Source: Leptolyngbyaceae cyanobacterium (GTDB taxonomy: Bacteria > Cyanobacteriota > Cyanobacteriia > Phormidesmidales > Phormidesmidaceae). Taken from it: 64,000 bases of DNA. Positions 51,467-61,688 of this stretch are shown here, piece by piece (the stretch's first letter is position 1; each line of letters begins with the position of its first letter). Both the position numbers and the translations under genes were made by a program. The notes under the pieces were generated by a model, which worked only from the letters and a program-made list of their open reading frames with translations, had not been told where the DNA came from and ran no database searches. The stretch covers positions 2,432,001 through 2,496,000 of the forward strand of contig CBDHHL010000056.1 of NCBI GenBank assembly GCA_965263355.1. Reading direction: 5' to 3'.

Positions 51467-54400
51467 ATGCTTTTATCCAGGCTTAGCTCATCAGTATGCC
51501 CAGTAGTTCTAGCGGCTTTAGGGCTATTGCCCCTGCCAGCCCAAGCGCAAATTATTCCCGATCAGACGCTTGGCGCAGAAGCCTCTAGCGTAGTTAATGA
51601 TCAACAGATTCGCGGCGACAATGCTGAGCTGATTGAAGACGGTGCTACCCGTGGCGACAATTTATTTCATAGCTTTAGTGAGTTCAATGTCAACTCTGGC
51701 CAGCGGGTGTATTTTTTTAATCCGGTTGGCATTGAGTCTATTTTGAGTCGGGTAACGGGGGAGAATCCGTCGGCAATCAATGGCACGTTGGGGGTAGATG
51801 GCCCTGCCAGTTTGTTTTTGATCAACCCGAATGGTCTGGTATTTGGTGAGGCTGCCGTATTAGATGTGACGGGTTCTTTTTATGGCACAACTGCAGAGGC
51901 GGTTACCATCGGCAATGGGGTATTTAGTGCAGTGGACCCAGGCCAGAGTCAATTGTTAGCGGTGAGTCCTAGCATATCGTTTTGGAATTATTTGACAGAT
52001 ACGTCAGGGGAGGTAGTCAATCGAGGGGCCTTAGCCATTGGGGGCGACCTGATTTTGGCTGGGAATCGATTAGATTTGCAAGGTCAGGTAGCCGCTGCAG
52101 GTGACGTATCGTTGTTAGCAACTGATACAGTACAGATTCGCGATACGGCTGAAATTCCTTTTATCAGTTTTGCCGGAGACAACCTGTTGGTGCAGGGCAA
52201 TCAGCAGGTTGATATTGTGGCGCTGAGTCATCCGGAGAGTGGATTGTTCTCAAATGGCAATATGGTACTGCGCTCAGCCAGTCAGGTGGGTGGAGATGCC
52301 CATTATTTAAGCGGTGGAGACTTTCGGATAGAGCAGTTGGATGGAAGTGATGGGGAGTTATTTAGTCCCATTGATCCAATTATTCGAGCCCTGGGAGATG
52401 TCACAATTGGGACCTACGTGGGCTCATCATTACATATTTTAGCTGGTGGCGCTGTTTCTATCGGCACTGCCTTAATTACTGCAGCAGAGGGCACAGACAT
52501 TGGCATCGACTTTCTCCAAGAAACGATCACATTGTCAGATGGCACCATTGTTGAGATTGATGGAAATGCTCAGCCTACGCTAGATGTTCGCGCTGGAGTA
52601 CGACCAGATGCCCTGGGTACTCCTCCATTAGACCTCTTAACTGGATTTGATAACTTGATAGATTTTTTCTCCAATGATTCTGTTGCCGAGGAAACACCGA
52701 CTAGTGCCAATATTACAATTGGTGATGCATCACTGGGGGTGGCAAATGGTGTGGTGCTGCTAACAAATCAATATGAACCTAATCTAGAGTTACCTGGCGA
52801 AAATATAGTTGTTACAGGTAATGGCGCAATTGGTTTTGGTATTAATGCAACGAATTTTGGCGGTGTTGGTGGCGCTGTTTACTTAGATGCCCGTAACAAT
52901 GTTGAGGTTCTCAATAGCGCCATTGCTGCAACAGCGTTAGAAGATATTAAAGATGTTGTGATTGTAGCTAGTGAAACAGTCACTTTTGATGGTCTGGATG
53001 GTACCCGTCTTACGGGAGCTTTTAGTGAACTTGGCCCTAACGGAACGGGTGACGGCGGTAATGTACGTATTACTGCGCGCAATCTTGAGGTACTTGGGGG
53101 GGCACAGTTAGGTGCTAATACCTTTGGTGAGGGAAATGCTGGCAGCGTAATTTTAGATATCGCAGAAACTGCTCGGTTTGAAGGCAGTAATCCTATCGAT
53201 GGGGTGAACAGTGGTGCCTTTAGTCGCGTAGCCTCTGATGGGATTGGTACCGGTGGTGATGTGCGTATTACTGCTCGCAATCTTGAGGTGCTTGGGGGTG
53301 CTGAGTTGTCTACCAGTTCGTTGGGTGATGGCTCCGCAGGTAGCGTCATTCTAGATATCGCAGAAACTGCTCGGTTTGAAGGTGTTGATCCAATAGACGA
53401 GTTGGCCAGTGGAGTATTTAGTAGCATTGAAGCTACTGGCACTGGTACCGGTGGTGATGTGCGTATCATGGCACGTAATCTTGAGGTGCTTGACGGTGCC
53501 CAGCTAAATGCCGGTACCTTTGGTGAAGGCGATGCTGGCAATGTCATTCTTGTCATAGAAGAAACCGCTAAATTTGAGGGGCGTAACCCCCTAGACGGCA
53601 GCCCTAATGGAGCCTTTAGTAGTGTTGGCCTTACTGGTATTGGTACCGGTGGTGATGTACGTGTAACTGCTCGCAATCTTGAGGTGCTTGAGGGTGCACG
53701 CCTGATTGCCGGTAGCTTTGGTATGGGCAATGCCGGCAATGTGACTTTAGTGATAGAAGAAGCTGCTCGATTTGCGGGAAGTAGTCCTATCAACGGAGTT
53801 TCTAGTGGAGCCTTTAGTAATGTTGAGCCTACTGGCATTGGTACCGGTGGTGATGTGCGTGTGACTGCCCGTAGTCTTCAGGTACTTGAAGGTGCCCAGA
53901 TCGGTGCTAATACTTTTGGTGTAGGCAATGCGGGCAATGTCATTCTGAATATTGAAGAAACAGCTCGCTTGGATGGTGTAAATGCAGTAACTGATGTTGT
54001 TAGTGCGGTAGGAAGTAGCGTCCAGTCTGGCGGTGTAGGCCGTGGGGGTAATATTGAAGTAACCGCTAGAGATTTAGAGGTCACCAATGGAGCACAGTTG
54101 AATGCTGCTACTTTTGGTACAGGCGATGCGGGTAATGTCATTTTGGTGATAGAAGAAACTGCCAGGATTGATGGAACGGATGCAGCCACTGAAAGTTTTA
54201 GTGCAGTAGGGAGTGGTGTTCAGCCCGGGGGGATAGGCCGTGGCGGTAATGTTGAAGTAACCGCTAGAAATTTAGAATTAGCGAATGGAGCACAAATCAG
54301 TTCAGAAACCTTTGGTGAAGGTAATGCGGGCAATGTGATTCTTGACATTGAAGAAACTGCTCGCTTGGATGGGAGAAATTCTGTAACAGGACTTCTCCCT

Positions 54401-55633
54401 ACTGGTATACGCAGCAGTGTGACTGATGCAGGTAGAGGTCGCGGGGGAGATATTGAAATAAACACTCGAAATTTAGAAGTACTCAATGGCGCGCAAATCA
54501 GTGTGGAAACTTTTGGTGAAGGTGATGCAGGCAGTATTCGTCTCAATGTAGAAGAGACGGCTCGTTTTGATGGGGAGAATCTAGAGGGATTCAGTTCAGA
54601 AGTAGCGAGCAGTGTCAGTGTAGGAGGTATGGGTCGAGGTGGTGATATTGAAGTAACGGCTAGAAATCTAGATGTAACTAACGGTGCAAGAATCAATGCT
54701 TCAACTTTGAGCGAAGGTGATGCAGGTAATATTCGTCTTAACGTAGAAGAAACTATTCGTTTTGATGGGCTAGACTCTACAACCGGTTCAATTAATACTA
54801 CTTTTGCGGGCAGTTTTGTAGCACCAGGCGCTACGGGTAATGGTGGTGATATTGAAGTGACGGCCACCAATCTTCAACTTGCCAATGGCTCAGGATTTTT
54901 GACAGTGAGTGATGGTGATGGAAATGCAGGTAATGTAATACTTGCTATTCGCGATCGCATACAATTCCAAGATAGTTCCATTGCTACCAATTCAGAATTC
55001 AATGCGGGCGGACAAGTGCAAATTGAAGCAGGCAACATTTTTCTCTTTGGTGATAGCGATATCCAAACCTTTGTTAACTCTGGTGCCAATAATGGTGGCA
55101 ACATTACCATCAACGCCAATGCCCTTGTTGCCTTCGACGATAGTGATATTCTCGCCTTTGCGGCTGACGGTCGCGGCGGCGATGTAGATCTCAGTCAAAC
55201 TGCCTTCTTTGGCCAAGACTTTTCCTTTGCCCCCCCTGGCACCGATCCTCGTACTCTAGATGCTAATGACCGGGTCGATATTAACGCTACAGGTCGTCTA
55301 GCCTCCGGCACAATCTCCCTGGCCGATGTTAGCTTTATCCAAGATAGCTTGACCGAATTACCCGACAATCTGATCAATCCTGAAGCACTGGTCGCCAATA
55401 GCTGTATTGCTCGAAGGCGTAATACAGACAGTAATTTGATGATCACAGGCAGTGATGGTCTGCCTGTACAGCCCAATCGTCTGCAATCGTCCTATGAATT
55501 AGGTGAAATTCGCTCGTTTACAGAACCTAGCTCGGAAGAGGCTCATAGCCCAATCACTGAACCACACAGTACCTATCGATTAGCAGATGGACGACTCGTA
55601 CTAGGCCGTGAATGTGAGGCTGATCATGAGTAA
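51467..55633 (+). CDS. Filamentous haemagglutinin-family (TpsA-like) exoprotein 1
   Basis: Signal peptide ending AQAQ; TPS domain NLFHSFSEFNV...LFLINPNG; about 10 repeats of about 66 aa; C-terminal NSCIARR...GRLVLGREC. Confidence 0.93.
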   Translation: MLLSRLSSSVCPVVLAALGLLPLPAQAQIIPDQTLGAEASSVVNDQQIRGDNAELIEDGATRGDNLFHSFSEFNVNSGQRVYFFNPVGIESILSRVTGENPSAINGTLGVDGPASLFLINPNGLVFGEAAVLDVTGSFYGTTAEAVTIGNGVFSAVDPGQSQLLAVSPSISFWNYLTDTSGEVVNRGALAIGGDLILAGNRLDLQGQVAAAGDVSLLATDTVQIRDTAEIPFISFAGDNLLVQGNQQVDIVALSHPESGLFSNGNMVLRSASQVGGDAHYLSGGDFRIEQLDGSDGELFSPIDPIIRALGDVTIGTYVGSSLHILAGGAVSIGTALITAAEGTDIGIDFLQETITLSDGTIVEIDGNAQPTLDVRAGVRPDALGTPPLDLLTGFDNLIDFFSNDSVAEETPTSANITIGDASLGVANGVVLLTNQYEPNLELPGENIVVTGNGAIGFGINATNFGGVGGAVYLDARNNVEVLNSAIAATALEDIKDVVIVASETVTFDGLDGTRLTGAFSELGPNGTGDGGNVRITARNLEVLGGAQLGANTFGEGNAGSVILDIAETARFEGSNPIDGVNSGAFSRVASDGIGTGGDVRITARNLEVLGGAELSTSSLGDGSAGSVILDIAETARFEGVDPIDELASGVFSSIEATGTGTGGDVRIMARNLEVLDGAQLNAGTFGEGDAGNVILVIEETAKFEGRNPLDGSPNGAFSSVGLTGIGTGGDVRVTARNLEVLEGARLIAGSFGMGNAGNVTLVIEEAARFAGSSPINGVSSGAFSNVEPTGIGTGGDVRVTARSLQVLEGAQIGANTFGVGNAGNVILNIEETARLDGVNAVTDVVSAVGSSVQSGGVGRGGNIEVTARDLEVTNGAQLNAATFGTGDAGNVILVIEETARIDGTDAATESFSAVGSGVQPGGIGRGGNVEVTARNLELANGAQISSETFGEGNAGNVILDIEETARLDGRNSVTGLLPTGIRSSVTDAGRGRGGDIEINTRNLEVLNGAQISVETFGEGDAGSIRLNVEETARFDGENLEGFSSEVASSVSVGGMGRGGDIEVTARNLDVTNGARINASTLSEGDAGNIRLNVEETIRFDGLDSTTGSINTTFAGSFVAPGATGNGGDIEVTATNLQLANGSGFLTVSDGDGNAGNVILAIRDRIQFQDSSIATNSEFNAGGQVQIEAGNIFLFGDSDIQTFVNSGANNGGNITINANALVAFDDSDILAFAADGRGGDVDLSQTAFFGQDFSFAPPGTDPRTLDANDRVDINATGRLASGTISLADVSFIQDSLTELPDNLINPEALVANSCIARRRNTDSNLMITGSDGLPVQPNRLQSSYELGEIRSFTEPSSEEAHSPITEPHSTYRLADGRLVLGRECEADHE

Positions 55634-55821
55634 TGTCCATTGCTAAACTATACCCACTAGTATGACCATATGCATTTTTGATTAACAGTATGTAGCTTTA
55701 GGGCAACGTACGTCTATTCAATAACTGATGCTACAGGGCTGCTTAGAATTTATAGTTCCAAAATCCTACAGTGAACGTTTGATAATTAGAAATGTCTAGC
55801 ATTAGCATTTGGCATAGCACC

Positions 55822-58800
55822 ATGCTTTTATCCAGGCTCAGCTCACAGATATGCACGATACTTTTAGTGCCTATAGGGCTTCTTCCCCTGTCAGCCCAAG
55901 CACAAATTATTCCAGATCAAACGCTGGGCTCAGAAACCTCTAATATAGTTAACGACCAGCTAATTCGAGGAGATCGTGCCGACTTAATTGAAGACGGTGC
56001 TACCCGTGGCGACAATTTATTTCATAGCTTTAGTGAGTTCAATGTCAACTCTGGCCAGCGGGTGTATTTTTTTAATCCGGTTGGCATTGAGTCTATTTTG
56101 AGTCGGGTAACGGGGGAGAATCCGTCGGCAATCAATGGCACGTTGGGGGTAGATGGCCCTGCCAGTTTGTTTTTGATCAACCCGAATGGTCTGGTATTTG
56201 GTGAGGCTGCCGTATTAGATGTGACGGGTTCTTTTTATGGCACAACTGCAGAGGCGGTTACCATCGGCAATGGGGTATTTAGTGCAGTGGACCCAGGCCA
56301 GAGTCAATTGTTAGCGGTGAGTCCTAGCATATCGTTTTGGAATTATTTGACAGATACGTCAGGGGAGGTAGTCAATCGAGGGGCCTTAGCCATTGGGGGC
56401 GACCTGATTTTGGCTGGGAATCGATTAGATTTGCAAGGTCAGGTAGCCGCTGCAGGTGACGTATCGTTGTTAGCAACTGATACAGTACAGATTCGCGATA
56501 CGGCTGAAGTTCCTTTTATCGGCTTTGCCGGGGGCGATCTGTTGGTGCAGGGCAATCAGCAGGTTGATATTGTGGCGCTGAGTCATCCGGAGAGTGGATT
56601 GTTCTCAAATGGCAATATGGTACTGCGCTCAGCCAGTCAGGTGGGTGGAGATGCCCATTATTTAAGCGGTGGAGACTTTCGGATAGAGCAGTTGGATGGA
56701 AGTAATGGGGAGTTATTTAGTCCCATTGATCCAATTATTCGAGCCCTGGGAGATGTGACGATTGGAGCATACATCGGTGGCTCACTACATATTATTGCGG
56801 GAGGCTCTGTCAGGATTGATGCAGTCATTATTAATGCAGTGGATCCAGGTAGCCTTAGCATTGATTTTTTACAAGAGAATATTGAGTTGTCAGATGGCAC
56901 AGTTGTGTCTATTGATGGAGGAACTCAGCCGACATTAGATGTGAGAGCAGGCGTTTTACCAGAAAGCATAGGTAATCCTCCACTGGAAATGGTAACGGGC
57001 TTGAATCCCTTGACAGATAGTCTTTTTATGTTGGATTTAACCGATAGTCCATCTAATGCCAATATTGAGATTGGTGATGTTTTTATAGATGCCTCTGATG
57101 GTCTAGTTCTTCTAACCAATCAGTATTCTCCAAACACTTTGCTAAACGGCGATATCTTAATTGAAACTAGGCAACTAGATTTTGGAGGAGTCGTTGCAGG
57201 TGATCTCTCAACCGTTGGTGGCCAGATCATTTTTGATTCTCGAAATAACATCAATGTTGTTGATAGTTTAATTGCAACATCTTCAGTGAATTTAGACGGT
57301 GGTGGCATTACTCTGTTAGCTGAAAATGATATTGCTCTGGAGAGTCCTCAAAATAAAATAACAGGGTTATTAAGTACTATCCCCCCTGATGTAACTAGCA
57401 TGGGGGGTAGCATACGGATTAATGCACAAAATTTAGAACTGCGAGATGGTTCCGCCATCTCCACAGAGATATTTGGCAATGGCCCAGCAGGGAATGTCAT
57501 TCTCAATATTGAAGGAGCCGCCAGTTTTGATGGGGTGAATTTAGTAACTGGGGCTATTGGAGGTATTTCCAGTGTCATCAGGCCAGGTAGTTCAGGTCTT
57601 GGAGGCAAGATTGAATTAACCGCTAGCAATTTGGAAGTAACGAATGGGGCACAACTAAATGCATCAACCTTTGGTGAAGGTAATGCAGGGAATGTGATTC
57701 TGAATATTAGTGAAACCGCACGCTTTGATGGGGTGGATGCAGTCACTGGCATATTCAGTGGTGCAGGAAGCAGTGTTTTGCTTGGCGGTGTCGGTCGTGG
57801 CGGTAATGTTGAAGTAAACGCTAGAAATTTGGAAGTGGCTAATGGTGCACAGCTGATTGCATCAACCTTTAACGAGGGCGATGCTGGTAGTGTGCTCCTC
57901 AATATTGAAGAAACGGCACGCTTTAGTGGAGTGGATGCAGTAACTGGAGCTGTTAGTGGTGCAGGGAGCGGTGTAGAGGCTGACGGCATTGGTCGTGGCG
58001 GTAATGTTGAAGTAAACGCTAGAGATTTACAAGTAACTGGTGGGGCATTGTTGTTTACATCAACTGCTGGCGAGGGTGATTCAGGCAACGTGATTCTTAA
58101 TATTGAAGAGACTGCTCGTTTTGAGGGGGTGTCTTCAGTTACTGGAGTAGGAGGCGGAGTAAGAAGTAGTGTAGAGCCTAGTGGTATCGGTCGTGGAGGT
58201 AATATTGAAGTAACCGCTGGCAATTTGGATGTAACCAATGGAGCACAGTTGCTTGCATCAACCTTTGGTCAGGGAAACGCGGGCAATGTTGTACTTGATA
58301 TTGAAGAAACAGCAAACTTTGATGGGATTAACCCTTTAACAGGTCTTAGCCCTACTGGTGTTGGGAGTAACATTGAGCTTGGCGGTATCGGACGTGGAGG
58401 CAATATTGAAGTAACCGCTGGCAATCTGAACGTAACCAATGGAGCACAGCTGCTTGCATCAACCTTTGGTCAGGGAAATGCGGGCAATGTTGTACTTGAT
58501 ATTAGAGAAACGGCTCGCTTTGATGGTGTAGATGCAGTAAACGGAATTGTGAGTGGTACAGGAAGTAGCGTTGAAGCTGAAGGGGTAGGTCGTGGCGGTG
58601 ATATTGAATTAACTGCTAGAAATCTAGAAGTAAGCAATGGCGCACAACTCCTGGCATCGACTTTTGGAGAAGGCGATGCAGGTAATGTAATTCTGAATAT
58701 TGAGGAGATTTCTCGTTTTGATGGGGTATCTCCAGTGACTGGTATTGGCAGTGGTGCAAGGAGTAGTGTTGAGATTGGAGGGGTAGGTCGTGGCGGTAAT

Positions 58801-60789
58801 GTTGAAGTGACGACCAGGAATCTAGAAGTAAGCAATGGCGCACAGCTCCTGGCATCAACTTTTGGAGAAGGCGATGCAGGAATTGTGATGCTAGATATTG
58901 AAGAAACAGCACGCTTTGATGGGGTCAACCCTGCAACAGGGATTAATCCTACCAGTGCTGCCAGTAGTGTTGAACAGGGAGGGGTAGGTCGTGGCGGTAA
59001 TGTTGAATTAGCCGCTAGAAATCTAGAAGTAACCAACGGAGCACAGATCTCTGCATCAACCTTGGGTGAGGGAGATGCAGGTAATGTAATTCTTGATATT
59101 GAAGAAACAGCTCGCTTTGATGGGGTCAACCCTGTAACAGGGATTAATCCTGCTGGTGCTGCAAGCACTGTTGAACAGGGAGGGGTAGGTCGTGGCGGTA
59201 ATGTTAAAGTGACGGCTAGAAATCTAGAAGTAACCAACGGAGCACAGCTCAGTTCAGAAACATCTGGAGAGGGTGATGCGGGCAATGTGATTCTTGAGAT
59301 TGAAGAAACGGCTCATTTTGATGGAGTAAATCCGATAACAGGATTTTCTCCTAGTGCTGCAAGAAGCAGTGTTGCATCTGGAAGTGTAGGTCATGGCGGT
59401 AATATTGAAGTGGCGGCCAGGAATCTGAATGTAACCAATGGGGCTCTATTGCTAGCATCAACATTTGGAGAGGGTGATGCGGGTAATGTGATTCTTGAGA
59501 TTGAAAGGATGGCCCGCGTTGATGGAGTGAATCTTATTACAGGCCTTAATGTTAGTACGGTGGGCAGTAGTGTTGAGACCGATGGGGTAGGGCGTGGCGG
59601 CGATGTTGAGCTAACAGCCAGGAATCTGGAGGTGACCAATGGGGCAATGCTGAGTGCAGCAACCTTTGGGGAGGGAGATGCAGGAAATATTATTCTTGAT
59701 ATTGAAGAAACAGCTCGCTTTGATGGAGTGAGTCCGATCACAGGTTCTAATTCTAGTGCTGTGGGCAGTAGTGTTGAGATAGGTGGAATAGGACGTGGCG
59801 GCAATGTTGAACTAACAGCCAGAAATCTGGAAGTGACCAATGGGGCACTGCTGACTGCGGCAACCTTTGGAGAGGGGGATGCAGGAAATATTATTCTTGA
59901 TGTTGAAGAAACAGCTCGCTTTGATGGCATGAATCCGATCACAGGGGCTGTGAGTCCAACTTCTGCAACCAGCCTAGTTTTCCTAGGTGCTACAGGAAAT
60001 GGTGGTGATATTGAAGTAACGGCTACTAATCTTGAACTTACTAATGGGGGAATATTAGCAACATCGAGTTTTGGTGAGGGGGATGCGGGCGATATAGTGT
60101 TGATTATTCGCGATCGCATTCAACTCCAAGATGGCATTATTGCAACTAATGCAGAGTTTAATGCTGGTGGACAAATTCAAATTGAAGCAGGCAACATTTT
60201 TCTGTTTGGTGATGGCGACATCCAAACCTTTGTTAACTCTGGTGCCAATAATGGTGGCAACATTACCATCAACGCCAATGCCCTTGTTGCCTTCGACGAT
60301 AGTGATATTCTCGCCTTTGCGGCTGACGGTCGCGGCGGCGATGTAGATCTCAGTCAAACTGCCTTCTTTGGCCAAGACTTTTCCTTTGCTCCCCCTGGCA
60401 CTGACCCCCGTACCCTAGAAGGCAATGACCGGGTCGATATTAACGCTACAGGTCGCCTAGCCTCCGGAACAATCACCCTGGCCGATGTTAGTTTTATCCA
60501 AGACAGCTTGACCGAACTACCCGACAATCTGGTCAATCCTGAAGCACTGGTCGCCAATAGTTGTATTGCTCGTAGGCGTGATACGGATAGCAATTTGGTC
60601 ATCACAGGCAGTGATGGTCTGCCTGTACAGCCCAATCGCCTGCAAGCGTCCTATGAGCTAGGTGAAATTCGCTCGTTTACAGAACCTAGCTCGGCAGAGG
60701 CTCATAGCCCAATCACTGAACCACACAGTACCTATCGATTAGCGGATGGTCGGCTTGTACTAGGGCGTGAGTGTGAGCCTGACCATTAA
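55822..60789 (+). CDS. Filamentous haemagglutinin-family (TpsA-like) exoprotein 2
   Basis: Same architecture with about 14 repeats; ATG 55822 chosen because the upstream DNA and MLLSRLSS match paralog 1. Confidence 0.93.
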   Translation: MLLSRLSSQICTILLVPIGLLPLSAQAQIIPDQTLGSETSNIVNDQLIRGDRADLIEDGATRGDNLFHSFSEFNVNSGQRVYFFNPVGIESILSRVTGENPSAINGTLGVDGPASLFLINPNGLVFGEAAVLDVTGSFYGTTAEAVTIGNGVFSAVDPGQSQLLAVSPSISFWNYLTDTSGEVVNRGALAIGGDLILAGNRLDLQGQVAAAGDVSLLATDTVQIRDTAEVPFIGFAGGDLLVQGNQQVDIVALSHPESGLFSNGNMVLRSASQVGGDAHYLSGGDFRIEQLDGSNGELFSPIDPIIRALGDVTIGAYIGGSLHIIAGGSVRIDAVIINAVDPGSLSIDFLQENIELSDGTVVSIDGGTQPTLDVRAGVLPESIGNPPLEMVTGLNPLTDSLFMLDLTDSPSNANIEIGDVFIDASDGLVLLTNQYSPNTLLNGDILIETRQLDFGGVVAGDLSTVGGQIIFDSRNNINVVDSLIATSSVNLDGGGITLLAENDIALESPQNKITGLLSTIPPDVTSMGGSIRINAQNLELRDGSAISTEIFGNGPAGNVILNIEGAASFDGVNLVTGAIGGISSVIRPGSSGLGGKIELTASNLEVTNGAQLNASTFGEGNAGNVILNISETARFDGVDAVTGIFSGAGSSVLLGGVGRGGNVEVNARNLEVANGAQLIASTFNEGDAGSVLLNIEETARFSGVDAVTGAVSGAGSGVEADGIGRGGNVEVNARDLQVTGGALLFTSTAGEGDSGNVILNIEETARFEGVSSVTGVGGGVRSSVEPSGIGRGGNIEVTAGNLDVTNGAQLLASTFGQGNAGNVVLDIEETANFDGINPLTGLSPTGVGSNIELGGIGRGGNIEVTAGNLNVTNGAQLLASTFGQGNAGNVVLDIRETARFDGVDAVNGIVSGTGSSVEAEGVGRGGDIELTARNLEVSNGAQLLASTFGEGDAGNVILNIEEISRFDGVSPVTGIGSGARSSVEIGGVGRGGNVEVTTRNLEVSNGAQLLASTFGEGDAGIVMLDIEETARFDGVNPATGINPTSAASSVEQGGVGRGGNVELAARNLEVTNGAQISASTLGEGDAGNVILDIEETARFDGVNPVTGINPAGAASTVEQGGVGRGGNVKVTARNLEVTNGAQLSSETSGEGDAGNVILEIEETAHFDGVNPITGFSPSAARSSVASGSVGHGGNIEVAARNLNVTNGALLLASTFGEGDAGNVILEIERMARVDGVNLITGLNVSTVGSSVETDGVGRGGDVELTARNLEVTNGAMLSAATFGEGDAGNIILDIEETARFDGVSPITGSNSSAVGSSVEIGGIGRGGNVELTARNLEVTNGALLTAATFGEGDAGNIILDVEETARFDGMNPITGAVSPTSATSLVFLGATGNGGDIEVTATNLELTNGGILATSSFGEGDAGDIVLIIRDRIQLQDGIIATNAEFNAGGQIQIEAGNIFLFGDGDIQTFVNSGANNGGNITINANALVAFDDSDILAFAADGRGGDVDLSQTAFFGQDFSFAPPGTDPRTLEGNDRVDINATGRLASGTITLADVSFIQDSLTELPDNLVNPEALVANSCIARRRDTDSNLVITGSDGLPVQPNRLQASYELGEIRSFTEPSSAEAHSPITEPHSTYRLADGRLVLGRECEPDH

Positions 60790-60869
60790 TAAAGCTGATT
60801 GAGGAGTGCGTCATCCCCGCATCATCTCCCACTTACATCGCCTGTTGATAGCTCATACTTTGCGCTAAG

Positions 60870-61688
60870 TTATCCTGAAAAAAGTGCGCCGATCACGTCG
60901 GCCAAAACTTCGGCCATGCCCCCAGCGACTTCTCCAGTGACCTCCAGAATAACAGTGGCGGCTTCTGGCAACGACTCCAGGGCTGCCCCTGTCACCTCAG
61001 CTAAGGATTCCACAACATCTCCAGCAACTTCAGGAGTATTGGTTAAAACATTAACTGTCCCTTTCGCAGCATTACCAGCTGTCTCTGCCAGGGGCTGCAC
61101 ACCTGGTTCTAGAATATCAGCACCGTAGGTAAGACCGTCTACAGTTCCCTGGACAACAGCATCTCCCACCGCCTGGGTGACGACATTACCCTGATATTGC
61201 TGTGTAGTATAGGTTGATGTTGGTTGATGCTTAGAGGCGTTAGCAATCCCTATCAATGGGCCATTCCATAAAGCTAATAGCTCTACTTGATCAAACCAAA
61301 CGCCCTGGCAACTACGACAGATATCTAAGATTAACTGTTTGTGCTGTTTTCTCTCAAGTTGTTTTTCACACACTGGGCAAGCAATGCGATTATGCCAACC
61401 ACAGTCTGGACATTGGTCCAGATTACGATCCATCAAGGTGTTACAGCTATGGCAATAAATCTTTCTTGCTTGAGGCTGTTGTAAAATTCTCTGACGGATT
61501 TTTGGAGACTGAATCTGTTGAGCCAGTTTAACTTCATCCTTGTCAAACCAAACGCCACCACAGCGTTTGCAGTAATCAAGGGTGAGAAATACTCCACTAT
61601 CTTTGCGAGTAATCTTGAGCTTTTGCATGGGTAGCCCTGTACATACAGGGCAGTGATATCGCGGTTCAAACCCAGTGGAGTTAAGCAT
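60870..61688 (-). CDS. zf-TFIIB-like multi zinc-ribbon protein with acidic amphipathic tail
   Basis: CPVC..CKRCGGVWFDKDE, CHSC..CPDC, CPVC..CRSCQGVWFDQVE. Confidence 0.8.
   Translation of the reverse strand: MLNSTGFEPRYHCPVCTGLPMQKLKITRKDSGVFLTLDYCKRCGGVWFDKDEVKLAQQIQSPKIRQRILQQPQARKIYCHSCNTLMDRNLDQCPDCGWHNRIACPVCEKQLERKQHKQLILDICRSCQGVWFDQVELLALWNGPLIGIANASKHQPTSTYTTQQYQGNVVTQAVGDAVVQGTVDGLTYGADILEPGVQPLAETAGNAAKGTVNVLTNTPEVAGDVVESLAEVTGAALESLPEAATVILEVTGEVAGGMAEVLADVIGALFSG

Noticed and set aside
52879..60635. Long minus-strand ORFs antisense to the TpsA genes (e.g. 319, 296, 271 and 242 aa)
   Set aside because: Shadow frames produced by the repetitive Gly/Asn/Thr codon pattern; they mirror the sense repeats and have no independent motifs.
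51467..60789. Contact-dependent inhibition (CdiA/CdiI) system or diversity-generating retroelement
   Set aside because: The C-termini are conserved and not variable toxin domains, there is no VENN motif or immunity ORF, no reverse transcriptase is present, and the differences are not adenine-specific.
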